From contig OZ024743.1 in the NCBI GenBank assembly GCA_964016885.1, positions 361,274,001 to 361,338,000 of the forward strand: a DNA stretch of 64,000 nucleotides, given 5' to 3'. Position numbers and translations under genes: made by a program. Source of the stretch: Eledone cirrhosa. Lineage: Eukaryota. This document shows, in pieces, positions 49,263-62,370 of this stretch; position 1 is the stretch's first letter, and each line of letters begins with the position of its first letter. The notes under the pieces were generated by a model. That model saw only the letters and a program-made list of their open reading frames with translations. It was not told the origin of the DNA and did not search any database.

Positions 49263-50874
49263 GAAAGTAGGGAGATACTCCTGGTAGGAGTCAGGAGGGA
49301 AGTAAGGAGGGAAGTTAACAGGAAGAACACGAAAGGCCTCGAAAAAAAAAAAAAAAAAAAAAAATAGAGAATTTAAAAAGTGAAAATGAAGGGGATGGGT
49401 GTACGTGTCCGGGATTGCAAGAGTGTGGGAGTGTGTACAGGGGTGGGGTGAGTTGGAGAGGTGAGAGAGAAGGAGTAAGGGGAAGCTAGAAAATCAGAGT
49501 CCGAGCGGGGGTGGCAGAAGGTAAGATTTTGTATGCATGTGTAGATGTAAGCGTGTGTGTGTGTCTGTATGTGTGGATGTGTGAGTGTCTGGAAGGAAGC
49601 GAGTGTATGTGAATGTGGGTTTTGAAAAACCATTGTGTCTGTGTTGGGGTGGAGTGTAAGTCTGTCCCTGTATGGCAGTTGGTGTGTATGTGTGTGTGTG
49701 TGTGGATGGAGGGGGACGGATGGGTAGAGATGAGATCGTGTCAAATCCGGAGGCGGTGTGGGGTGAAGTGTGGCTATATATGTAGATGTGCATGTGTGTA
49801 TGTGTTTGTGTGGTTAGAAGAAGGGGCGGGTGATGTGTCTGTAAGTTATGTGGTTTCGTGTAACGTGCGTAGTTGCGTGTGTGCGGAAATGGTGCAAGTA
49901 TCTGTGTGTATCTAAGTTTCTGAATGGATATTGGTGTGTGGGGGTATGTGTGTGTGTCTGTGTATGTGTGTGTGTGTGTGTATGTGTGTGTGTGTGTGTT
50001 TGTGTGTGTGTGAATAGTAAGGAACCGATGGTACACCAGGTGGATTTCAACGTGAGGTAAATTCCAATTTCAAGTAGAAGAAAATGGCGATGAAGAAGTG
50101 AAATATTAGTGTAGAATGCGCAACCGGAAATGATCAAATCGAAAGCGCCGGAGGATATAGCGGAGAGGGTGATGCTGACAGGGCAAAACAGAACTTGATG
50201 AATGGGAGTGGTAGTAGTACTATTATGTGTGCGTTAGGGGTTGTTAGCTGTGTAGACAGGCAGGCGTGTCTGGATGGGGGTGGCTGATAGTATGCATGTG
50301 TGTATGGAGTTATGTGTATGTGTGTGTAGAAAGCGTAGTGGACATGCGAGGAAGTATTGTCAGTGCATGTGGGAGGGTTTTATCGGTCGCTGTTTAGATG
50401 TGTACATACACGTAAATGAGTGTATACACTGGTGTGTGTCTGTGTGTTTAGGGTGTAAGTGCGTGTGTGTTTTGTGGCGTAAGAGTAGTAAGAGTGAAGG
50501 AAAGTGTTGTGGTGTGAGGAGTTAGTAGTGTTAGTGGGGGTGTTAGGTGTTGGTGTGTATGGGTGGAGGTTAGTTTTGATAGTAGGGGAGCTGGCGCGAG
50601 GGAGGAAGGTACATGTGTACATACACGTAATTGTATATATTGGAGTGTTTGTTTAGGGTGTAGGTGCGTGTGTATTTTGTGGTGGTATGAGGGGGTTAGT
50701 AGTGTTAGTGGGATTGTGAGGCGTGGGTGTATGTGGATAAGGGTTAGTGGTGATATATATATATTTATATATATTCATTAGTTAAGCAAAACTAACCACC
50801 AATTTCACAAGGAAGACATTATTAAAAGATTGTCAACATAGTTTTAGTTTAATGTAAGGAATGTAAAGAATAAT

Positions 50875-51327
50875 AAGGGTTTCTTATATAGGCACAAGGC
50901 CAGCAATATTTGGGGAGGGAAAAGTCCATTAAATCGACCCAGTGCGTGACTGGTACTTTTATTTTATCGACCCCGTAAGGATGAAAGGCAAAGTTAACCT
51001 CGGCGGGATTTAAGCTCAGATCATAAAGGACCGTAACTCTATGCGTCAACGCATGGCGTCCGGCCCTCTACCGATACTGCCAATCCACCGCGCTGAGTTT
51101 CTACTTTTGGCACAAGGCCAGGGATTACCCCAGTGCATCACTGGTACTTTATTTTATCGACCTCGTAAGGATGAAAGGCAAAGTTAACCTCAGCGTAAAG
51201 AATAATAATAACGTAAAGAATAATAATAATAATATTAATAATTATTTCTACTTTAGGCACAAGGCCAGCAATAACCCAGTGCATTACTGGTACTTTATTT
51301 TAACGACCCCGTAAGGATGAAAGGCAG
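50875..51327 (-). mobile_element. Cluster of main SINE copies (one long, two partial)
   Basis: GGCACAAGGCCAG..ACTGGTACTTT..GGATGAAAGGCA at ~50891, 51109, 51256. Confidence 0.88.
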
Positions 51328-51427
51328 GATAATAATAATATTAATAATGTCCGTTTACAATTGTTTCGCTACTCCATATTATGTTTCTGGATCAAATGAT
51401 TATAGATCATTATTGATCTAGTTCAAG

Positions 51428-51617
51428 GGCGGTGTATTGGCAGTATCGGTAGAGGGTCGGACGCCATGCTTTCCAGCATAGTTACGTCCCTTTACGATCT
51501 GAGTTCAAATCCCGCCGAGGTTGACTTTGCCTTTCATCCTTACGGGGTCGATAAAATAAAGTACCAGTAACGCACTGGGTAATTGCTGGCCTTGTGCCTA
51601 AAGTAGAAACAATTATT
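51428..51617 (+). mobile_element. Full-length tRNA-derived SINE (main family)
   Basis: A-box TGGCAGTATCGG, B-box GAGTTCAAATCCC, ATT tail; near-identical minus copies at 57343-57528 and 63153-63342. Confidence 0.9.
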
Positions 51618-52029
51618 GATCTAGTTCAGTAGACGATAATTAACTTGGAGCAATTCATCGGAACTTCAAAAGGGATATAAATTAATGTAAAAAAAAGATG
51701 GTTACATGAATGTAATGTTCCATATATTGGTATTTCACTATGGTGTCCTGGGTATATCTATTGTCTGCCATAGGCGAGCAATATTCTTCTGTCGAGGCGG
51801 CATTATGTGAGATCTGCCAGCTCTGTGCACCAAACCTCTGCATGAATCTAGCCACCTAGCTGCCTTCCACTTCATATTGCACATTGAGCACATGCCTTTA
51901 CGCTTTCGCTTTTAACTACTTCACCAATCCCTCTTCTCCTCTCCTATCTCCATCTCACTGTTTAAGATTGGTTACTCTTGAACTGTGTATATTTATATAT
52001 ATATATATATAAATATATATGAAGAAATA

Positions 52030-52620
52030 CATGGAGAATGGAAATGGCTGTATAGTTGCTATTGAAGGTAACTTAAAATGCAGTGGGAATACGAAGAAAG
52101 CAAGAACAGGGGGAGGGGTCCTCATCAGTTGTCTACTGGGGTCTAGGATATTTCTACACTTTAAAGACAAGATACCACTTTACCCCCGAGCGCCAATAAC
52201 TGGATACATTATTGGGAAAACGAAGGAAAGAGGGAAGGAAAGCAAAGGGGAAGAAAAGAGTAACAATAACAAAACAGCGAAAAAGAACACAAACCGAGCA
52301 ATGTGCGAGCAATATATATATAGGAAAGGATTCAGGACCCCGACGGCAGAGCTCAAACCGTTTCGCCGGCTATATCTCGACTAAATTAGATTTTTACGTG
52401 GTTACGATATAGCCGAACTTTTCAAGGAGTAATTCCATATATGGGCATGCGATAATCATGCATTTCTGAAGTTTGTAGCTGTCAAGAGTATTGGGCGAAG
52501 TTTCTTGTAAACACAGTTAAATCTTTCATGGCGGTGGGTAGGGGTGGGGGTGGCTGAACTTTCCTGTAGAACAATGAGGGAGTGTGTGAAGCCGGTCAAG
52601 CTTTGAGTCTGTGGTTAATG
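52030..52620 (-). mobile_element. PLE pLTR/3' fragment with degenerate U3-A8 HHR (52352-52429)
   Basis: Homologous to 58300-58540 and partly to 48670-48820; minus strand TTGAAAA-GTTCGGCTATATC..GATATAGCCGGC-GAAACGGTT. Confidence 0.65.
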
Positions 52621-53561
52621 CATGTACATTCGAATGTTTGTATAAAAATTTACAGAAGCACGTGCACTCACAGACACACAGACAGAAGTGTCATGTTATG
52701 CGTTCTTCTGTAATGAAATATGAAACGAAATGTTGGATCTAATATTACTAAATCCTTAACATAATTCAGTTTGTATGTAAAGTGATGTCACTACTATGAC
52801 TAGAGCTATTTGATGGAAAGTTGTATGATGCAGAAAAAGGTATATGTAACTGTGTGTGTATGTGTGTACATATGTAGGAGTGCATGAGAATATTTATATA
52901 ATCGTTGAAGCAGAAACCTTCTTGAATATGATGGGCAACTAAAGATCAGCAACGAATTATTTATTTATTTTTTTTTTTTTTCAATATACACTTTATAATT
53001 AGAACGAGTTATAGAATTAAGTTGCTCTCTTTGAGACACTGCTTCACTACAAAAATGCATTGATTTTAACTTGATATTTTTTGCCTAGTTAACGCGGTGA
53101 GGGTTTAACATTTAACCACTCTTCATAAAACACATAATGATTTTACTTCATTAAACACAATATGGATTATAATTGATTCTATTGATATCACTCCATTACT
53201 ACGTTTTATTTTATTCATTCATTGCATCTGACAACGTCAATAAAACAGGAAGAATTACTTGAACGCACATTTTAGAATATATGAAGTTTTAAATTCCCAA
53301 CCAGATTTTGTAAATATTTCTTGTAAATAGTTCGTGTTCTCAAACGTCATTTTCTGTCAGTGCAGTGCACAAGCGTTTCTAAAAGTGTTTTATCCAGTTT
53401 TTGTTTTTCCACTCCTCTCTATCGTGTTTGATTGCTTTGTGGTTTTAATTTTGCGTTTGAGAAACTCACATTTTCAAAAGTCAAACACTGCCAACGCTTC
53501 AATATATGGTGCCCTAGCATGGCCTCAGCCAGGTGCCTGTTACAGGTAAAATAGTAAAAGA

Positions 53562-53608
53562 TATACTAAAAGATTCGTTATAATGGCATTCATTATAACG
53601 GAATTTTA

Positions 53609-53692
<84 letters not shown>

Positions 53693-53885
53693 TAAAATTC
53701 CATTATAATGAATGCCATTATAACGAATTTTTAGTATAACGAACATTTTTTTAATCCTCAGCCACAAGCTTATCAAAACAACGATGAAAGAATCTCCTTA
53801 TAACGAAATTCATTACAACAAATATTTCAGTACAACGAATGAAAATTCGACCCCGAATAGTCAAGATTTCTCGCTACAACAGAAA
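53562..53885. mobile_element. pogo/Tigger-like MITE end, fold-back duplicated across (TA)n
   Basis: TA|CAGATAAAATTCC..TATAACGAA subrepeats; 53562-53613 mirrors 53687-53738. Confidence 0.55.
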
Positions 53886-54078
53886 AAACAAATTTTCGAT
53901 ACACCTTCCTGCATGATCCTGGTTGAGTTGCTTTCCTTTATGGTTGCGTTTACTGGCTACGAAGCCTATTCGAAAATTATTCAAAAGAACATATCTGAAA
54001 CACGCACACACTCACATACATTAACTAGAGATATATAGATATCAATGCACACCACACACATACATATATATATATATA

Positions 54079-54149
<71 letters not shown>

Positions 54150-54271
54150 CGACGAGAGAGAGAGAGAGAACTATTATAACAAATACATTACTAAAAGATG
54201 ATTTAAAGTTTTTGAGCGGTTTTTACGCAAGTTTATAATATGAAATTAAACAAAGGAAGGAAACATTTAAA

Positions 54272-54510
54272 TACAATTGTCCCCCGGTATTCGCGGGTGT
54301 TACGTTCCTAGAACACCCACGAAGAGAGTGAAACACCGCGAATATTGGACGCCGTCCATAAACGTCAAAACATAACGTAAAATATAGACCGGTTAAATAC
54401 GGTATATTGCTATTAATAATTTAGCGTTAAAAAGCGAGAAAAAATATATATTGCCACGAAAAGCCCATTAAAAAATCATGGGAGATATTTCCGATTCCGC
54501 GAATATGTGG
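54272..54510 (+). mobile_element. Tigger-like MITE fragment
   Basis: TACAATTGTCCCCCGGTATTCGCGGG..CCGCGAATA internal palindromic motifs. Confidence 0.45.
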
Positions 54511-54511
54511 T

Positions 54512-54556
<45 letters not shown>

Positions 54557-54564
54557 AATGATTA

Positions 54565-54602
54565 CGAGCTGAGGATCCGCTAAGGTGAAACAATTGTTCT
54601 CG
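54565..54602 (+). ncRNA. Type I HHR in a ~76-bp insert between two (TA)n tracts
   Basis: CGAG-CTGAGGA-TCC GCTAA GGT-GAA-ACAATTGT-T-CTCG. Confidence 0.8.
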
Positions 54603-54630
54603 GTATGGTGAACTAACTGTTGTGTAACCA

Positions 54631-54713
<83 letters not shown>

Positions 54714-54768
54714 GTGAGGTTTTTTTTACAAAATGAAAAATAACCGAGGTGTCCTACACGAGTGGAAG

Positions 54769-55074
54769 TATAAAGAAAAAGGGATGAAATCGAAAATGCA
54801 ACTGAAGTCTTATTTTTTTTTAAATATATATATTTATTTGGTTCCTTTACCGGTTTCGCAGTTCTTCTGCTTTTCAAAAGGTGAGTTGAGATGGAGGGTC
54901 TGTGGTTTTTCTCACATCCTTTTTTTTGTGAGAAAAACCACAGACCCTCCATCTCAACTCACCTTTTGAAAAGCAGAAGAACTGCGAAACCGGTAAAGGA
55001 ACCAAATAAATATATATATTTTTAAAAAAATAAGACTTCAGTTGCATTTTCGATTTCATCCCTTTTTCTTTATA
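54769..55074. repeat. ~306-bp palindrome (148-bp arms) with one HHR per strand
   Basis: Arms 54769-54916 / 54927-55074; HHRs 54844-54881(-) and 54962-54999(+). Confidence 0.92.
54962..54999 (+). ncRNA. Type I HHR with U3-A8 core
   Basis: CCTT-TTGAAAA-GCAG AAGAA CTGC-GAA-ACCGGT-A-AAGG; all stems perfect. Confidence 0.88.
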
Positions 55075-55077
55075 TAT

Positions 55078-55112
<35 letters not shown>

Positions 55113-55118
<6 letters not shown>

Positions 55119-58100
55119 GCTTCCCCATTCAACATAAATACCATTCCATATTTAACAGACACACAATTGAGATTTCTTATTCTACAACTATGAATATGGC
55201 CCAGAACATCGCAAAAATAAATAGTAGAATTCTAAATCATAATCAACAAACAATTAGCGATAATTAATATAATAACACTAGCAATATTAATACTAGGAAT
55301 AACAATAACATTAATCTAATCCCAATCAATAGAACACTTCAAAGTACTAGCAATGTTAATGTCAATTGTCCAATTTATAGTAATAACAATAAATCGAAAT
55401 GTAATTGTAGAAATAGATCAAATTGCCCTCTGCAAAATAATTATCTGGATAGCAATCTTGTGTATAAATGCATCGTAAAAGCAAATAACATCACATACAA
55501 CTATATTGGTGCAACTTCATAGACATTTAAATTAAGATTTTCGAATCACAAATGTTCTTTCTCGAATCCTAATAGGAAATCTTCGACATCTTTATCCCAA
55601 TTTATATGGTCGTTAAAAGACAAAACTTTAAAATACTCGATTTCTTGGTCGACCCTGTGTAAATTCGAATCTATTTGAATACTTCAATATCACCTAACTG
55701 CAATCTTTGTACTATGGAGACCCTATTAATAATTACTAATTATGAAAATTTAATTAACAAAAAAAGTGAATCATTCTCAAATTTGCCTACATAAAGCTTC
55801 CTCTACATTCCAAGCCTCGAAAAAGTCAGGAAAAAACACTGAATAAATAAGTTCTAATTTTTGACGTTTCTTATCAACTGAGTGCGTAAAATGTTATAAC
55901 AGATTATAAAAGCTTATAATAATTTTTTTTCATTTACGATATGATTAATGTTAGATTAAGGGTTCTATATAAATATATAAACATATAGACTGTTAACATG
56001 ATCTCTTGATGAATATGCATATCATTTGATTGTGTAAGTACATTTAATTTGGTCGGGATTTTTGTAATTTTTTTAAATATATAGCTAGTATGGTTAACAG
56101 TTACAAGGAACCGTAAACCATTTATTTATTTATTTATTTGTAGTATGTTGGTTTTAAGATTCAAGATGCTTGTTTTATATATTTATGGTATATGTGTCGC
56201 ACACGATCCTAGTCGACAAACTTTTTCCACTTAACTTGATATAAAACTTCAATTATAACAGTATTAACAATAATAGTATTTATTATTTATTATATGTATA
56301 TAGATCACTAATATAGTCTTGAGTTTTGAACAGATTACTCTGTATATATTTAGACAAATGTGTATATCTAGTTTAATAACATACTTCTAGCTACATTTAT
56401 AAGTGCCTTAGATACTTAAGGACATTCTAGTGTTATAATTGTTAAATATTTTCTAAATTATATAATGATTATTATTTTTTAATATAATTAAATTCGGGTT
56501 ACCTTCGGGTTGATGAAAATCTTAAGTCTTCTCTTTCTCATGTTTGCAGACACTTTAAATATGATATTATACTATTATACTATAATATAGATCCTTAAAA
56601 ATGTTCTTGTATTTTTAAATTATATAGCTTAGATATTTGACACTTATAGGATCGCAAACCATTTATTTATTTATTTGGAATCTGGTTCTTATCTTTTATG
56701 ATGCATGAAGTTTGATTTGTATATTTATAGTATATATGTATTACATGATCCTAATATAATAATTGATGTAAAACCTTAATGTTAACAATATTAACAGTAA
56801 CTTATTTATTATATTATATTATATTATATATAACTGACTAATATCGTCTTAAACTTTAAACAATATACTCTTTGTATAAATTTAGACAAATGCTTATATC
56901 TAGTTTAATAATACCCTGTTTAAGTATAATTATAAGGCCTTTGGATATTTTAGGGCATTCTAATTGTTAATTTTAAATTTTTAAAGTTATAATTGTAATT
57001 ACTTTCTAAATTATATAATGATGATTATTATTTTTTAATATAAAATCTCTTTAATATAAAAGTTTTAATATGGATTACCTTCGAGATGAAGAAAATATTA
57101 AGTCTTTTCTCATGTTTGCAAATACTTTAAATATGACATTATAAATTAAATATGATAGTATACTTTAATATAAATACTTATAAATTTTTATAGCCCTAAA
57201 TATTATACCTTTAGATTAATTCACTATTCTGAACTAACATAAATGATTCGAAATTTAACGGCCATCTGGATACGTTTGGATTATATAATTGATTAATAGT
57301 ATATTTCTAATTAACTTAAGGACTCGAAATTAAACCCTCATATAATTGTTTCTACTTTTGGCACAAGGCCAGCAATTACCCAGTGCATTACTGGTACTTT
57401 ATTTTATCGACCCCGTAAGGATGAAAGGCAAAGTCAACCTCGGCGGGATTTGAACTCAGATCGTAAAGGGACGTAACTATGCTGGAAAGCATGGCGTCCG
57501 ACCCTCTACCGATACTGCCAATCCACCATCATATAATGCTTTCTTTATTAATCCAGATATATTTAATATTTAGATTGATTGATTATTTCTAGATAATTCA
57601 AAGATTCGAAATTATTCTTTCACAAAGCTATGCCCAAATGTATATTTATGTATTTATATATATATATATTTGCATCATACGCTATTTATCCACGACAATA
57701 CAACTCTCCCTCCCTATGCTTTATACTATAAAAATTATTCTTCCTTGTCTCTCTATCCTTAATCAATTCTCTTTTGCGTTCGTACATAAGATATTTCTAT
57801 ACTTGTAGTAACTATCTTTTTCCTCATCTGTTTCTATCTCTGTCTTTCTTCTTTCTTCAATAATTTAAATTATTTGAATCTCTAACGGTTATGTAAATTG
57901 CTATTGTGTATTTTATTAAGCTTTCTCACACGCATCCTCTGTATTATATGTAATTTGTTCATGTCTCAATCTTAAGGTATATAAATATTGAGTTTTGTCA
58001 TATCTTATTCACTACCATGACTGAATCTTAACCATCTACTAAGTAAGGGTATGTCATGCATCATCTTATTTTAGATGAGGACGTACTGTTGAATATAGCT

Positions 58101-58175
58101 CAGTACCTCTGAAATATGTACAATAAAATATACTTGATCACACGAATGTCTATTTTTGTTAATATTTTGAATTAA
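55113..58175 (+). mobile_element. Degenerate Naiad-like PLE 3' part, long AT-rich 3' region, decayed HHR at 58067-58125
   Basis: KCFP..HKYHSIFNRHTIEISYS..KCNCRNRSNCPLQ..LVYKCIV..YIGATS*TFKLRFSNHKCSF..STSLSQFIWSLK; TAGATGA-G..GTACTG/CAGTAC..GAA-ATATGT-A; linkage of the distal 3' region to the ORF is inferred. Confidence 0.7.
57343..57528 (-). mobile_element. Full-length main SINE
   Basis: Near-identical reverse complement of 51428-51617. Confidence 0.92.
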
Positions 58176-58204
58176 TATATATATATATATATATACATAT
58201 ATAT

Positions 58205-59543
58205 ATGTAGCGAAGGAGGTGTGGTAAGGAACCAGATGGACCATAACACACCAGAGTACTCAATACTTAGGGTAGTAGAGTGGCTAATAGGAAGAAGTTG
58301 AACCCGGACGGCAGAGCTCAAGCAGTTTCGATGGCTATTTCTAGACTAAATTAGAATTTTTAGCGTGGTAATAAATAGCCGAACTTTTCCTTATATGGGA
58401 AGATTGTAGTTGTCAAAAGGATTGGTCAAAATGTCTTGCAAACACAATTAAATCTTTCATGGCAGTGGGTGGGAGGTAGGGGTTGCGGAACTTGCCTGTA
58501 GAACAATGAGGGATTGGGTGGAGTTGGTCAAGCGTTGAAAGTGAATTCTATACAGGAAATTCTAAGGAGTGTGTATGAAATTAGACTAGTAAGGAAGCTG
58601 GTGACAAAGGATTCTGGAGGAATTAGAGGATGGGACGTTATAGAATAGGTAAATAAATTGAGATTAAAAGGTAATATATAAATAAATAAGATATATAAAA
58701 ATAATAAAATTAAATAGTAAAGAGTAATAAAAAAATTTATAGAGTCTAAAGCAGCTGCTATATCTAGTTGGTATTGCGTTTTCGGCCAGTGCTATACATA
58801 ATTTACTGGTGTGGGGGTACTGAGGCTACAAAAGCCCGATCGGCTGCCTCGGGGTAGGCGAACGAGGAAAAAGGAAAAGGAAGAGGAGAAGGATTGGAAG
58901 GAAGTGGTAGGAAGGGATAAATGGAAGAAGAAAAGAAGAAAGAAAAGAAAAGAAGTACATCTACCTATGTTAGCTGGGGTTTACCCTATCTTGTTCGGCA
59001 AGTGGGGAAAAGAAGGATGTTGCAGCCATTGCCTACCCACCCTGGTCATAAGGGGGTTTGAGGGCGAGGTAAGTCCTACGCAATCGGTGTTTACAAGCAG
59101 TTACAAATTCGTTTTTTTTTTGTTTAAGAGCTGGTCCTTCGTAAACAGAATTTGTAATCTTTCCTCCGAGCATAAGTTACACGGACGGCGTCCTCCCGTG
59201 TAGGAGTTAGCCCTGGACAGTAAGCTTCAAGTAAGATTGTATGTTATGTTATTGTCTTGGAGGTCCCAGATGTGGCCCGAAGGTGTAGTGGCATGTCGCC
59301 GGGCCGGGTTTCTGAACGTATATCGGTATTGGTAGAGCCGGGTCTAAAGGTCACAAGCTGTAATCCTATATAGGCTTTGTTTGAGGTTACCGCCCTCACG
59401 TTGCATTGGTAGGCCACGTTACGTTCTCGGCATCTGTTGTTGAGGGAGTACGTAGATCTATCAGGGCAGTGTTACCTCCTGGTCGGCTCTCCACTAATGC
59501 CTAGGTTGTTTCTTCCAAGTATATATATGGCTTTTGGGATAGC

Positions 59544-59545
<2 letters not shown>
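58205..59545 (-). mobile_element. Third Naiad-like PLE remnant (GIY-YIG at ~59075-59520 plus pLTR)
   Basis: Minus strand RCRERNVAYQCNV..KAYIG..HIWDLQDNNITY..RRPCNLCSEERLQIL..LLNK..EFVTACKHR; decayed HHR at ~58317-58390. Confidence 0.8.
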
Positions 59546-59588
<43 letters not shown>

Positions 59589-59590
<2 letters not shown>

Positions 59591-62224
59591 CTCCGCTTTA
59601 GCCGGTCCCAAGCCCGGTTGAGAAAGGAAGAGGGTTGGGGCGTGGGGTTAACAGCCTACCACCGTAAAAACTTTTCACCGCTACAGAAACGATGCTACAG
59701 GATGTCCTAGAGGAAACACCCAGGTCAGATAGTAGGCTGGTGATTGGTGACTTCAATGCCAAGCTAGATGGAGACAGGAGAGAAATACATTCAGCCATTG
59801 GCCCCCACGGTTCAGCTGATTCCACCAATAACAACGGAGAACGGTTGCTGTCCCTGAGCAGTATCACCAACCTCTCCATCGGGAATACATTCTTCACCCA
59901 TAGGCGGATTCACAAGATGACATGGACTTCCCCTGATGGCAACACCAGGAATGAGATTGATTATATCTGCATTGGCACGAGGTGGCGTTCTTCTCTCTTG
60001 GATGTTCTCACCTACCGAGTGGCAGACGTCGGATCTGACCATCATCTTGTGGTTGGAAAAATCCGCTTGAGGTTGAAGAAGAACAAAGCAAATAAGACTG
60101 TGAGGCCATAGGCTGTCGCAAGCCTGCAAGACCAAGGCACGTCAGAGGGATTCTACCTGGAGATCAGGAATAAGTTCCTAGAACTACAGCACGCACAGAA
60201 CCGTGAAGACCAGTGGTAGATGTTTGCTCATGCGGTCAGGGCGAGTGCTGATATAGTTATTGGTAGAAGAAGAGGGACCAACCTGGAACAGTGGATCAGC
60301 CGTACTTCATAGAATCTCATTGTCGATAGGAAGGATGTTAAGGACAAAAGAGATCAAACCAAAATTCGACAGCAATGGAAGGAAGTGGACAAAGACTACA
60401 GACGTCTTGACAAGGAAGTAAAGAAGAGCTATCGAAAAGACAAGCGCCAGTGGTTAGAAGATCGAGCTGCAGCAGGTCGAAATGATTCCAAGACGCTGTA
60501 CCGGATCGTCAGAGAGCTAACTGGAGGACGAAGTGGAAGCAGTTTGCCAAACAAGAGCAAAGATGGTCGGATGTTTGCAGCCAGTGAAGAGCAGACCCAG
60601 AGGTGGAACGAACACGTTCGTGAGGTCCTCCATCAGCCATCCCCCAACACAGTCTTCGAGCTTGACTGGGAGGAAGTGAGCTACCGATTGGATGTACGAC
60701 TAGACGACATCACAAGAGCTGATGTGGCCAAGGCCATCCGCTGCCAAAAGAAAAACAAAGCGGCAGGGCTGGATGAGATTCCTGCAGAGCTTCTGAAGCA
60801 TGGCAAGGATGTAATAGAGGAGCAGCTCACCCATTTATGCAATGTGATTTGGCAAGAAGAGGAGGTGCCGAAGAACTGGGGAAATGGAGTGATTGTACCA
60901 CTACCAAAGAAGATCTGTCTCAGCGACTGCAACAACTGGAGAGGGATCACGTTGCTATCAGTGCCAGGAAGGTATTCTGCACAGTCATCCTGAACCCGCT
61001 GAGAGCAGAAGTAGATCGTCATCTTCGAGGCGAACAGGCTGGCTTCCGCAGTGGAAGGTCTTGTTCAGAGCAGATCTTCACTCTCCGAAATATCATTGAA
61101 CAATGTCGGGAATTCTACAAGTCCCTTGTTGTCAACTACATTGACTTCAGGAAAGCTTTTGACAGTGTTCATCGGGAGTCATTGTGGAAGATTGTAAGAC
61201 TCTACGGTGTCCCGGAGAAATATATTAACATCTTCAGGTCGCTGTACCGATATTCCAGGTGCTGCGTTAGGACCAAGGACGGAATCACGGAAATGTTTGA
61301 CATCTAGACGGGTGTTCGACAAGGCTTCATGCTTTCGCATTTCCTTTTCCTCATTGTCATCGATTTCATCATGAAGAAGACAATGAGTGACCCTCGTTTT
61401 GGCATCAGTTGGGATGGAAGGAGATTAAGCGACCTGGACTTTGTCGATGACATCGCAGTGATAGGCCATTCCCGAGAAGACCTGCAAGAGATGACAAACG
61501 TTCTAAATGACAATGCAGAGAAAGTAGGCCTGCGCATCAGTTGTGAAAAAACCAAGACCATGTCGACAAGTAACCCTCCAAATCCTCCAGTCATGGTTGG
61601 TCAGCGTAACATTGAATGTGTAAACAACTTCCAATACCTTGGCAGCAACATCTCTGACGATGGGAATGCTGATGTAGATGTGCGCACAAGGCTGGGAAAA
61701 GCAGCGGCGGTCTTCCAACGACTCCGTCCGGTATGGTCCAGGTGTTCAAACGGCGTCAAATTCCGTGTTTACATGTCCATTGTAGTACCACCAGCGGTAT
61801 ATGGCTGTGAGTCATGGAAGATTACGGAAAGTGTATGTAACAAGCTTGATGTATTCCACCGTCGTTGCATTCAGACCATATTGAAAATTTCATGGAGAGA
61901 CCAAGTTAGCAAATAGGAAGTGAGGAGGAGGTCAGGATTGGAGAGGTTAAGGGACATTGTCTGGAAAAGGAGACGGCGGTCCGCGGGCCACATCCTTCGT
62001 TTGCCGGCAGATCGACCTGCTCATATTGCCATGGATTGGGTACCAGAAGGTGGTAGGAGAGAACGGGGAAGACCACGAAAAACATGGCGGAGCACATTCA
62101 GGGAGGACCTGCGGGAGATGAGAATTACCTGGAGAGGTGCTAGAATGGCCGCCAGTGACAGTATCCAGTGGAGGAAGCTCGTCGCCCATTTTTCCACAAG
62201 GTTCTGGAGGAACTAAGACTAGGA

Positions 62225-62228
<4 letters not shown>
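59589..62228 (+). mobile_element. RTE-clade LINE, internally deleted and frameshifted (APE C-terminus + RT)
   Basis: IGDFNAK, NEIDYI, SDHHLV, KAAGLD, NWRGITLL, QAGFR, DFRKAFD, VRQG, LDFVDD, YLGS, RGRPRKTW; tail ACTAAGACTAGGACTAA; (TA)n on both sides. Confidence 0.93.
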
Positions 62229-62310
<82 letters not shown>

Positions 62311-62370
62311 TGAGATTCTACAGGACTAGAACTGTTTCATTCATTAGAAATCATCATATATATATATATA

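Noticed and set aside
51428-51530. A/B boxes as a tRNA gene
   Set aside because: No cloverleaf; it is the head of a multicopy SINE
59220-59235. In-frame TGA in the Naiad-like endonuclease as selenocysteine
   Set aside because: It falls at an expected Trp position in a frameshifted remnant, so decay is the simpler explanation
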